64,000 nucleotides of DNA. Source: Felis catus. Taxonomy: Eukaryota. The stretch covers positions 57,476,001 to 57,540,000 of the forward strand of contig NC_058368.1 in assembly GCF_018350175.1 (NCBI RefSeq), given 5' to 3'. The notes beneath the pieces are model-generated. The model saw only the letters and a program-made list of their open reading frames with translations, had not been told where the DNA came from and searched no databases. Shown here piece by piece: positions 1-10,740 of this stretch; the stretch's first letter is position 1; the number at the start of each line of letters is the position of its first letter. The translations under genes were made by a program, and so were the position numbers.

Positions 1-117
1 TAAGCATCCAACTCAGGTCATGATCTCCCAGTCGTGAGATCAAGCCCACCATCCAGCTCTGCGCTGAACATGGAGCCTGTTGGAATTCTCTTGCTCTCTC
101 TGTCCCTCCCCTGCTCA

Positions 118-166
<49 letters not shown>

Positions 167-210
167 AATCTCTCTAAATGCATACATAAATAAATATTTA
201 AAAATAAATA
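1..210 (+). mobile_element. Can-SINE (5' end cut by window edge), inserted in an L1
   Basis: SINE body (caggtcatgatctc...gagatcaagccc...gagcctg), then a (CT)n tract and A-rich tail; L1 sequence resumes directly after the tail. Confidence 0.9.
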
Positions 211-520
211 AAGAAGAAGATATGGTATATACATATATATATATACATATATATGTAGTCATCAAAAAGAATGAAATCTTGTTATTTTCAATGACATGGA
301 TGGAGCTGGAGTGTATTATGCTAAGTGAAATAAGTCAGTCAGAGAAGACAAATGCCATATGATTTCACTCATATATGGAATTCAAGAAACAAAACAGATG
401 AACATAGGGGAAAGGGGAAAAAAAGAGAAAGAGAGAGGGAAGTAAACCATAAGAGACATTTAACTATAAAGAACAGAGTTGATGAGGGAAGTGGGTGGGG
501 GATGGGCTAAATGGGTGTAT
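211..520 (+). mobile_element. LINE-1 fragment: ORF2 C-terminus and 3'UTR (carnivore type)
   Basis: Translates KKNEILLFSMTWMELECIMLSEISQSEK, the L1 ORF2 C-terminal motif, followed by a G-rich 3'UTR. Confidence 0.9.
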
Positions 521-1451
521 TAGTCCTTGCACATGTAGTTACAATCATTTAAAAGATAAAATGTTTAATTAAAAAGTCATATTTAGTTAGGTCACATTTA
601 AATTTTCTCGATCAATTTCACAATCTCACCATAACATCCCCAAACGTGCATTTCAGAGATGAAAAAACTGAACCAAGTGGGTACAATGACTTGCAAAACA
701 CATTATGTCTATGATACTTTGTCAAACATTAATAGACAAAAAGACTTAAGATGTAGTCTTCAAAAATATCATGTATTGTCTAGTAGTTACCAATTATGTG
801 AGGTATAACTAAATGTCAGAAGTAAAATCAGCCTTTTATATATTAGCAAATATTTATTGAATACCTACCATGTCCTGAGACATTTTTACAGGGCTACCAT
901 TTTCCCAGTTGGCCTGAGTTTAGTGCTTTACAAATAAGAACTCACTTAATCCTTATAGATTCTTAGGTGTAAATCTCGTGTTATTTTATTGTAGAGACTA
1001 TGGCATTGGAAATATAAGAAAGGGGTAGAAGTAGAATTAATCAGCTTGCTAGGCTAGGCTGCAATTTCAACAGAAGAATGAGAAATAATGAGTGGGAAAG
1101 GAAACACTAGCACTAGTAAAGAATACTAACACCGTAAGATTATGAAAAATAATAATTATGAATTATCACTTAATAAATATCAGCAAAGAGCTCAATATGA
1201 AAATAGTAATCAGAGAATTATTTTGATGAGTTATGTATTGGAACCAATAATGGAAAGAGGCCAGGCAGAAAAGCAAGCAGTAATAGAAACGCAGAATTGG
1301 TTGCATTCAAAGTAGGGACTCCTTTCTCTGCAGTGTAAAAATCATAACTCATTTGTTTCTTTTTGGAAAACTCACTCCTCTCCCCAAATTCAGTTAATTA
1401 CTGACTCTATGTTGTAATGCTGAAAGTAGCAACGTGGCCTCATTCATTTAA

Positions 1452-1482
1452 ATTTTTTTAATGTTTATTTTTGAGAGAGAGA

Positions 1483-1539
<57 letters not shown>

Positions 1540-1708
1540 CGCCTGAGTGGAGGAGGGGCAGAGAGAGAGGAAGACACAGAATCTGAAGCAGGCTCCAGGC
1601 TCTACACTGTCAGCACAGAACCTGATGCAGGGCTCGAAATCAAGAACCTTGAGATCATGACCTAAGCCGAAGTCAGAGACTCAAATGGCCTAGCCACCCA
1701 GGCGCCCC
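1452..1708 (-). mobile_element. Can-SINE
   Basis: T-rich tail, (GA)n tract, body ending ccacccaggcgcccc; flanking repeat cattcattt(t)aa. Confidence 0.95.
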
Positions 1709-1759
1709 CTAGCATTCATTTTAAAGTGAAGGCAAATCATAACGAATTATGTCTTAACA

Positions 1760-1926
1760 CAAAGGTTTCCCAAATTTTCAAATTGGATCCCTTGTTAGTG
1801 TAAAGACACTTTAAATATCCATATATATACTATGAAAAGTGTTTCCATATGAGCTTATTAAACCAGCTCAATAATCCTAGTCACTTCCTGCCCAGGCATT
1901 TGTAGCTTCAACATTTGGGAACTACT
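1760..1926. mobile_element. Possible old hAT-Charlie-type MITE
   Basis: Degenerate inverted ends: caaaggtttcccaaa ... tttgggaactact. Confidence 0.3.
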
Positions 1927-2142
1927 TTCAGTGATTTTAAGAAAATTTGCCTTTGGTAATTTAGGAGGTCTCTAGGATAGCCTCACCCTGAAGTCAGGGG
2001 GAAAGAAAAAAACACAGGCAAATTACTCATATGTAAATGTCATTCCATAACAATGCAATTAAAATTTTCTTTTTTCTTTGTCCACATAATACTAAAAATA
2101 TATTTGATTGGTATTTAGCATCTTTTACTCATTTTTGCACGA

Positions 2143-2590
2143 TTTTTAGGCAAAGGCATTTGGGCTGCAAGTGAGAGAATTTCAACTTGAATCAGTTTAG
2201 GTAGGAGGGGATAAATGTTTAGTCAAGAACAAAATTTGCAAGGGTCAAAGGTCTGTTTGGCATCAGGGTTCCTAGATCCATCTGAGCATCAGGTGCTGCC
2301 TAGAGCTTTACTGTGTTTCTTTTCTTCTATGAATATTGGCTTCAGTTTTGGTTTTTAGTGTTGAATTTTGCCACAAGTCTGTTATTATGGCTGCCAGCAA
2401 CTCCTGAGCCCAGAAAGCTTTGGGTCAGATTCTCTTCATTACAGCCAGAGTTGTGAAATGTAGTTTTCTGCCAGCACCAAATTACATGGTTTCGTGGGAT
2501 AGGGGTGGCAATGCCCCCAAAGAAAGGAGCTGCTGTTATGAAAAGAAAAATGGTTCTGTAGACATAATGGATTTGGTATTATGTCACTAA
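2143..2590 (-). mobile_element. Old MaLR LTR (MLT1M/N-like)
   Basis: tttgggctgcaagtgagagaatttcaact at one end and gctgctgttatgaaaagaaaaatgg...tgtcacta at the other resemble the antisense MLT1 consensus ends. Confidence 0.5.
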
Positions 2591-2899
2591 AAATTTGTAG
2601 AAGATAGCAGCGTTCTCATGCCAGCAGCTGTTCCGTGAATGTTTTTTCTACCTTTATTCTCTTGTACTCACGAAAGGAGGATGCAAACAGGAAGAAACAC
2701 AGACACATGCACGAGAACACACCCACACACCAGACCTGTCCGTGTCCATGGAGGGTCCTCCTCCTGTTTTCCAACTCTCCACACTGGAGGCCCTGGAGCT
2801 GCCTTTGTATCTCTTCTTTGCTGCCTTTACTCATTCCCTAAGTGACTTTATCCTTTCCTTTGGTTTCAAATATTTTTATACACATATGGCAGCCAAATT

Positions 2900-3850
2900 T
2901 ATATACCCAACCTGAGCTCTTCTCTGAACTTCAGTTTTATATCCAACTGCTTTCAAATTTAATAAGGCCAAAACAGATAAAGTGATTCCCACTGTGCCTT
3001 GAATCTTCCAGATCTCAGGAATGTCAATTTGAAAGGACAGCTGTTCATGTCAAAAACCTTGGCATCATCTCTCTCCCAGTCCATATCCATTTCAAAAGAA
3101 AATCCAGTCAGCTTTATCTTTTTGAAATATATGTATTTACCCATTCAATCTTTGCCCCTGTGTCTATGGAGACAGATAGTTTTCAACGGGGGGGGGGGGG
3201 GGGGTGGGTGGGTGATTTTGCTCTTCAGCATTATGGGGCATTGTCTGGAGATATTTTTGGTTGTCAAAAACAATGGGAGTGCTACTGCAATCCAGTGGCT
3301 AGAGAGGTCAGAGGTGCTGCTAAACATCCTGCGACCCCAACAGCAGCTCTCTGTAACCAAAATGTATCCCCCTCCAAAATGTCAAGAGCACTAGGTTAAG
3401 AAGCTTTTATCTTCCCATTATCTTACTAAAATATCTTCTTTAATTGGTTTTAAATTTCCTCCCCACATTCAAGTAACCACAGAGTAGCCAGAAGAATCCT
3501 TCAACAGTATTCTTCTGATCAAATGCCTCCGTTGCTCATAACCATTACAAACACACAGTTCCCATCATCGCTTTCTACTGGTCTCTGCTCAAGTGGTTGC
3601 TTATTGCTAAAACCTTTCCTACCCACCCAGACTAAATTAATACACACTCTCAACACTATGCTTTGTTTTCATAACTAGATTTTTTAATATCATTTTTAGA
3701 TACATAATTATTTACCTATATATTGACTATTTTTTCGACTATAATTCTACTTCCATGAGATAAGGAAAACATTTTTTTTTTTCACTGATAGATCCCATGT
3801 CACTAGAACTATGCTTAGTACCTGAGCCTAATAGTCTGCCAATGTTAAGG
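2900..3850 (+). mobile_element. L2 LINE fragments interrupted by MER20
   Basis: L2-like motifs ctgaacttcagttttatatccaactgc and agtagccagaagaatcct lie on both sides of the MER20. Confidence 0.55.
3173..3403 (+). mobile_element. MER20 (hAT-Charlie MITE)
   Basis: gtctggagatatttttggttgtca...gctgctaaacatcct...ccaaaatgtcaa match the recalled MER20 consensus. Confidence 0.85.
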
Positions 3851-4029
3851 AACCTGCATACCTAATATAATTGTTTATTCATATATTGCAAGAATAGCTT
3901 TGAGACACTGTTGACCACTCTAAAATTCTCCATTGGTTTTAATTGCAAAAATATTTTTCATTTTTTTCCTTCCTCTCTGAATGTTAATTTTTCATAATTT
4001 TTTTCTTGTTCCTTCTTTTCTATCCATCC

Positions 4030-4900
4030 ATTTTAATTGCTAATGTCCTTAAGAGTCTGTCTTTGGCTATCTTTTATCTCATATTAATCATTCTCTCAAA
4101 ACATTCTTGCAGGGTTTAATCTCAGGTTCACTAGGACACTGACACTTCAATTTCTATCTTATTTCTCTCTTAGCTTTAGACATATCCAAATGGAAATCTC
4201 ACTAGACTCCTCTAACTTAACATAGTTCACCCATATCACAAAGCAAGTGATCACCCATATCACAAAGCCAGATACTCTACTTCTGTTCTTGATTTTCGCC
4301 AATTTGTGCCTTAAAATATTAAATTGCAAGGTATCTTTCCTTAATGTCTTCTTATTCTCTCCTTTTATGAATTGGTCAAAAAAAATCTCATCAAATCTAG
4401 TAAATTATTTACATAGTCTGACCTAGCCTGCTGATAGTTGCTTTAATACCTCAGTTTAAGACCCCATTATCTTTGGCTTCAGATATTATTTTTGTTCGGA
4501 TTCCATGCCAAAGATTTCAGTGTATTTTGAATATTGCTTCTAGAATTACATTCCAAAATTTCTAATAATCTCATTTCCATGATACAGATTGCTTGCAGCA
4601 TAAAATTAGCATTCTTTAGCTTAACATAATAGCTCTGTCAAAAAATGATCCACTTCTACCTTTATGATTCTCTTAACCTATCCCTAAACTTTTACCACAC
4701 TGAACTTCTCATTATTCTCTTAACATGCCATGCCCTTTGTTATCTCTATCTTTGTACATTTTCTCTCCTCTGTCTGAAATACCCTATTTACTTCACCTGG
4801 AAAACTCCTTATCATCTTTTAAAATACAGTTCAAAATTTATTTTGTTAAGATCTATGTGATTACATTAACTGCTTTTTATCACCTTATATTTTCTCTACA
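4030..4900 (+). mobile_element. Degraded L2 fragments
   Basis: Pyrimidine-rich L2-like motifs (tttagacatatccaaatgg, cttcacctggaaaactccttatcatc). Confidence 0.45.
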
Positions 4901-5846
4901 AAGTTGTCATCTCTTAAATGTGGTCGTCTTTTCTTCATCAGCTAATGGAAAAAATAGAACATAGAAACAAAGCTACAGTAAAAGAAAAACCATGCATGAA
5001 TCAAAGGTTACATATTATTCTCTACTGTATATGAGAAGAGGAAACAAATAGCATTAAGATATATGCCCAGATCTTCAAAATAATTTATAACAGAGCCAGA
5101 ATAAGAAAATAAATCTCTTTATTTTTAATCTATATTGTTTTATTGTTTTATATTCTATTGTGGATTTGCACATCTTATATTGTTTTGAAAATGAGTGATT
5201 AAAGTGGAAAATATACCAAATAGAAATTCCCAGAATCTGGCTTGGAAATATAGATAGGTTAGATCATTAAGGTTAGATACATATTCAGCTATATTTTTAA
5301 ATTATATATATCACTTTTTATTGATTTTAAGTTTATTTTACTTTTTTTTTTTTTTTCTAAGCTCAACAGTGCCTCAGAGAAAAACAGAAAATTAGACGTT
5401 AGGAGACTACTGTGGAGAAAGAGAGTGGGTGAAAAAAATCTACAGAACTACTGTAGACAGACAATTTTGTACTTCCTCCTTCCCCATTGTATGATCATGT
5501 AAGAGGATTTTAGATTATCTCCATTCTGCCTTCAGAAGATTTACAGCAGGAAGTTAATAAAGCACTCAGCAGAAGCTAAGACACAAAATAGGCACGGAAT
5601 GAAAGATTACATCAGAGAAAGAGGGACTAACTGTATTGTAGTTACCAAGTGGTCTTTTTAGAAATGTGTAGTAGAGCAACAAGATGAGGAAAAACTGTCC
5701 AGCCACACTAAACAAAAGCCCCTTCTTTTGAAGGAGCCCCAGAGAGAGCACGGGGGTGGGGGAGAGATAGATCAATTCCATAACCTATAATATGATGTTT
5801 CCTTCATGCCAGAGAGATGCACATGAATAAGAAACTGGTAAGTAAA

Positions 5847-6067
5847 GGGGCTCCTGGGTGGCTCAGTCGGTTAAGCATCCGACTTCGGCTCAGGTCATGA
5901 TCTCATGGCTCTTGAGTTAGAGCCCCATGATGGGCTCTGTGCTGACAGCTTGGAGCCTGGCGCCTGTTTCGGATTCTGTGTCTCCCTCTCACTCTCTGCC
6001 CCTCCCCTGCTCACTCTCTCTCTCTCTCTCTCTCTCAAATAAATAAACGTGAATAAAATATTTTAAA
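5847..6067 (+). mobile_element. Can-SINE
   Basis: ggggctcctgggtggctcagtcggttaag head, CT tract, A tail; TSD aaactggtaag. Confidence 0.95.
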
Positions 6068-6615
6068 AAACTGGTAAGAATCAGCATGCAAATGAAAAAC
6101 AAAAACTAATAATAAAAGCAAACCTATAACAACCAACCAACAAAATTAAAAAACAACAACAAAAAACACTCCACTGCTGCATGTTTGGATTTGTACGTTA
6201 TTGAATAGCATAGAGATGTCTGTGATGAGATTCTCAAATGGCTACCTAGAGGTCAACACTTTGATTGTGACCAGTATTTGAAATAATTTAGAAAATAATG
6301 GGAATTTGTTACCACAGAGTTAACACAAAATCCTTTTTAGTTTTTTTGTTTGGTGATAACTAATTTGCAAATGTTCACAAAGTATTTGATAACAGAATAT
6401 ACACATTTCTTCTCAAAACATGGGTAACACAAGGATAAACACTATTGTTTGTGATATATGTTATTGAAATATTATGTATTAAAGCACTATTATTATACAC
6501 AAAAATATAGACAAAAAGCATTGTTTATATTATCTTTAGTCCTAAGAGACAATCCATAGTCTCTTCCTCAAGCCACCTCCAAAAGTGAGCAACAGCTGAC
6601 TCACTATTTACAGCA

Positions 6616-6981
6616 GCAGTAGTGGTCTCATCTGTGCCCTCTCAAAATTACTATGTTAAAATCTATTGCCTAATGTGATGATATTAGGAGGTGTGGCCTT
6701 TGGGAGTTGATTAGGTCTTGAGGGTAGAGCCCTCACGAAGGGGATCAGTGCCCTATAAAAGAGGACCGAGAAAGCTCCATTGCCCTTACAACCACATGAA
6801 GTTACAGCAAGGCGACCACTGTTTATGAACCAGAAATGGGTCCTCACCACACACAGAACCTGATCATTCAGGAACTCTGACCTCACACTTCTAGTCTCCA
6901 GCATTCTGAGAAATAAATTTCTGTCTTTTATAAGCCACTCAGTCTGGGATTTTGTTACAGCAGACTGAACAGAATAAGACA
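6616..6981 (+). mobile_element. MLT1A0-like MaLR solo LTR
   Basis: ggcctttgggagttgattaggtc...ccctataaaagagg...gagaaataaatttctg...taagccactcagtct...aagaca; the U5 end is complete. Confidence 0.85.
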
Positions 6982-7575
6982 CAGCCTTATTTTTTAAGTT
7001 ATGTATTTTTATCTATTCTAATTACAAAAATACATGTTATAATTCAAATGTTTAAAATGTAGAAGGCACATTTAATTAACATAAATAATTTAAAATGATC
7101 TAAAATTGTGCAATGGTGAAAAACTACTAAGAACATTTTGTTTGATTTCATCAAGTATTTTTCTATGACTAGGAAGGAATATTTGTATTTCAAATACATT
7201 ATGCATGGGTTGTTTCTACATATTAACATTACATTCTTTTGCATCTTGCCCTTTCTAAAAAAATGAACTATAATACACTTGTCTCTGATTTCATTATATT
7301 TTTATACAACATCATTTTAAATTACTGTGTCATGTTGATGTGTGCCAATTTATTCCAAAATCACCTATTTTTGGGAATTTCAGTAATTTACATCACCTGT
7401 CTGTTGTAAACAGTTCTGTTTTCTGGTTTCTTTTACATATATGTCTGTGCACATATCTGATTATTTTCTTAGACTAAATCTTGAGAAATGGAAATGTGGG
7501 ATCAGAGCATGATTATTTAATATTTATTTGCTACATAATATTTAATTGCTACACTCATCTAAAAGTTTATTCCCA

Positions 7576-7747
7576 TGGCACCTGGGTGCCTCAGTCAGTT
7601 AAGCATCTGACTGTTGATTTAGGCTTAGGTCTCTTTGTTCCTGAGATCGAGTCCTGAGTAAAGTCCGACATAGAGCTTTCCACTGACAGTGCAGAGCCTG
7701 CTTGGATTCTGTCTCTCTCTCTCTCATTCTGCCCATCCCCCACTCCT

Positions 7748-7799
<52 letters not shown>

Positions 7800-7824
7800 T
7801 CAAAATAGATAAATAAACTTAAAA
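7576..7824 (+). mobile_element. Can-SINE (older subfamily)
   Basis: SINE body with long (CT)n; TSD aaaagtttatt(c/g)cca at 7561-7575 and 7825-7839. Confidence 0.9.
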
Positions 7825-7899
7825 AAAAGTTTATTGCCAGGTACATTTAATATATATGTTAGTGCCTATTTTACTACAATCAAATCAATCCTGGATAAT

Positions 7900-8030
7900 A
7901 ATAATAATAATAATTATTATTATTATTATTATTTTTTTTTTTAAGTGAGCTCCATACCCAAGGAGGGGCTTGAACTCATGACCCTGCAATCAGGAGTTGC
8001 ATACTCTACCTATGAGCGAGTCAGGCACTC
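7900..8030 (-). mobile_element. Short tRNA-Lys-like carnivore SINE (no CT tract) with trinucleotide tail
   Basis: Antisense reads ...ggtagagtatgcaactcctgattgcagggtcatgagttcaagcccc...; TSD caatc(c/t)tggataat at 7886-7899 and 8031-8044. Confidence 0.85.
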
Positions 8031-8151
8031 CAATCTTGGATAATCTCTTGATGCTTTAAGTTGTACTCTTTTACATCTAATGATGTAAATGATTCTTTTT
8101 CATATGTTTAGATGATATTTCCATTATTTCTTGAGAGTACTACTGTCTTTA

Positions 8152-8384
8152 TTTTTTTCTTTTTCATTTTTTTAAATGTTCATTTATTTTTGAGGAGAGA
8201 GGGACATAGACAGAGACAGAGAGCAAATGGGAGGGACAGAAAGAGAGACACACACGGAATCCAAAGCAGGTTCCTGGTTCTGAGCTGTCAGCAGAGAGCT
8301 AGACGCAGGGATTGCACTCACAAACCGTGAGATCATGACTTGAGCTGAAGCTGGACGTTAACTGACTGAGCCACCTAGTCACCC
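8152..8384 (-). mobile_element. Can-SINE
   Basis: T tail, GA tract, gagatcatgacttgagctgaag...actgagccacc. Confidence 0.9.
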
Positions 8385-9017
8385 TTACTATTTTTATCTT
8401 TTTAAATTTTATAGTACAAATACCTTAAAATAATCATTTATATTAAATGTGGATATTAAAAGTATCTTTTTCCTAGTTTTATATTTTGTGAATGTTTTAA
8501 TTGAATTGTCTCTTAAAATATTTCCTTAACTATGCTTTTTGAAACACAGATGTATAAAAGTTTTACACAAATATTTTAATCAAGATTTTTGTCTTCCTAG
8601 TTCCCTCCCCTCAACTCTTTAAATGCTTTTTAATGCTTAAAAAAGATAAGATATATATTTACCAATCTTACTTATTTCTCAATATTTTCTTTACATTTAA
8701 TTTTTAATTCAGTTGAATTTTAATATATAGGAACCATGGGTATTATAATTTTTCCCAGATATTTAACAAATTTGTCATTATTATATCTTTCTCCTGTTAT
8801 CATTCATTAAAAGGCTACCTATATTCTACAGTAAATTCATGTGTATTCTCAATTTTGCAGCCAGTTTTCCTATTTTATCTCATTATCTGGTTATGCTGAC
8901 ATAAATATGTACGGGTCTAATTAATAAGACATTTCAAATATTCAATCAACATTTTCACTTTTTGAACCATATATTGAACGTTGTTCCTAATCTTCCCTGA
9001 TGAGGTTCTTTTTTTCT

Positions 9018-9029
9018 TTTTTAAATATT

Positions 9030-9068
<39 letters not shown>
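9018..9068 (-). repeat. (TTTA)n tract, probable isolated retroposon tail
   Basis: Tetranucleotide run flanked by near-identical ~18-bp direct repeats. Confidence 0.75.
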
Positions 9069-9226
9069 GGTGAGTTTCTTTTTTCTAATTATTATTTTGC
9101 AGACTAGGTAATGAAAGCCATTTATATTTTTCTCCTTTTGTAGCTATGAAAAGGTCTTTGTTTATACAATTCTAATACCTACTTAAGTAAAACTTCATGC
9201 TGTATGTTTCACATAATTTTTGTTTG

Positions 9227-9255
9227 CCCAACCAACTGAGCCACCCAGGTGCCCC
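9227..9255 (-). mobile_element. 29-bp Can-SINE 5' head only (tailless)
   Basis: Reverse complement is ggggcacctgggtggctcagttggttggg; 18-bp direct repeats on both sides. Confidence 0.85.
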
Positions 9256-9355
9256 TCAAATAATTTTTGTTTGTAACTATAACCTTTTTTATGTTCATTT
9301 TATCATTCTCTCAGGACCATAATTTTTGCCTTATTATAAATTTGGTAATTGTTTT

Positions 9356-9577
9356 TTTTTGTTTTCTATTAAAAAATTTTATTTTATATTTATTATTTAT
9401 TTTTGATAGAGCACAAGTGGGGGAGGGGCAGAGAGAGAAGAAGACACAGAATCCTAAGCAGGCTCCAGGTTCCGAGCTGTCAGCCCAGAGCCAAACGTGG
9501 GACTCAAACTCACAAACACGAGATCATTACCTTAGCCAAAGTCGGACACTTAACCCACTGAGCCACCCAGGTGCCCC
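9356..9577 (-). mobile_element. Can-SINE
   Basis: Full body; TSD tggtaattgttttt at 9342-9355 and 9578-9591. Confidence 0.95.
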
Positions 9578-9885
9578 TGGTAATTGTTTTTACTCCAGTT
9601 GTCTTTATTAGAAGATAAATCTCTACCTTGAGCCCTCAATATCCATAATTCCTTCTCATTGTTTTCATCTTTTGGGTACTTTTTCTCTGTAGTTTCACAC
9701 TTTGGAGTAGTTCTTAAGACAGAAAAAAAATAAGCCAGGCAGCTTTCCCCTGGGAGTTGACATGGCACTCCCAGCTAGGCTGTGTTATTTCTCTGTAAGG
9801 TCATTATGTGCCTAGGATCAAGTACATAAGGAAGGGACTCCATAATCATAACCAGAAATCCATAAAACCAAGAACATTATGCACA

Positions 9886-9887
<2 letters not shown>

Positions 9888-9922
<35 letters not shown>
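9888..9922. repeat. (CA)n microsatellite
   Basis: Direct reading. Confidence 0.95.
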
Positions 9923-9926
<4 letters not shown>

Positions 9927-10529
9927 ACCAAATATCTCTTTTTGTCAGGAAATGCAACTGCTGCTTCTCTACCAGTTACAGTTTAGCACGTTCCATTTTT
10001 CCAGTTTTTTAGATGAAAAAAATTTAACACATTTAATTAGTGAATTGCATTGTTTCCACCCAAACAAGACCAAATCCCTGCTTCCTTGAATCCTCACCCA
10101 AATTACCTGTGCAAGCCAAATCCAATTACAATTCCCTCCTAACACTTTCTTACTCCAGGTTCTCCATGTTGTGTTCTCTTTTTCTTCAATAAATAAATAC
10201 CCTAAATTTGTCCGAGTTTGTTGTGTCCAGGTGATCTCTTCTTAGAAGATATTGACTTATTTGAGTTTGCTTTACTAAATTTTTTGGTTTATGTTTATTT
10301 TTTTCTTTGAAATTCTACCTAAATATTGCTTTGTTTTCTCTTTCATTCAAAAGTAAAATATCTCTTCATGCTGTTTTCTGTTTATTAAATAAAATATTAT
10401 AGATTCCTATTCATCATTTTAAATAAATGAAGATCTAGACTGATATTATGTTTTTATATGTTAGTTTTGCTTTGATCCTTTATATTCAATATGGAGTATC
10501 ATGGAAATTTTCTTTCTTTCATGTTTTTT

Positions 10530-10740
10530 GTGTTTCTTTTTCTTTTTTATTTATTTTGAGAGAGTGTACATGTGTGAGATGAGGAGGGGCAGAGGGAGAG
10601 AGGGAGAGGGAGAGAATCCCGGACAGATTCCTCGATGCATGGCTTGAACTCACAAAGGGAACTCACAAACTGTGATTGTGACCTGGGAAGAAACCAAGAG
10701 TCAGATGCCTGACCAACTCGACTGAGCCACCCAGCCGCCC
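10530..10740 (-). mobile_element. Can-SINE (older, internally rearranged)
   Basis: ttattttgagaga...gaggggcagaggg...actgagccacccag; the segment gaactcacaaa is duplicated. Confidence 0.85.

Noticed and set aside
2999..3399. 131-aa and 79-aa ORFs with poly-Gly
   Set aside because: They run through L2/MER20 sequence and the G homopolymer.
7930..8030. tRNA-Lys gene
   Set aside because: Diverged, with a poly(A)-derived tail and TSD: a SINE or retrocopy, not a functional tRNA.
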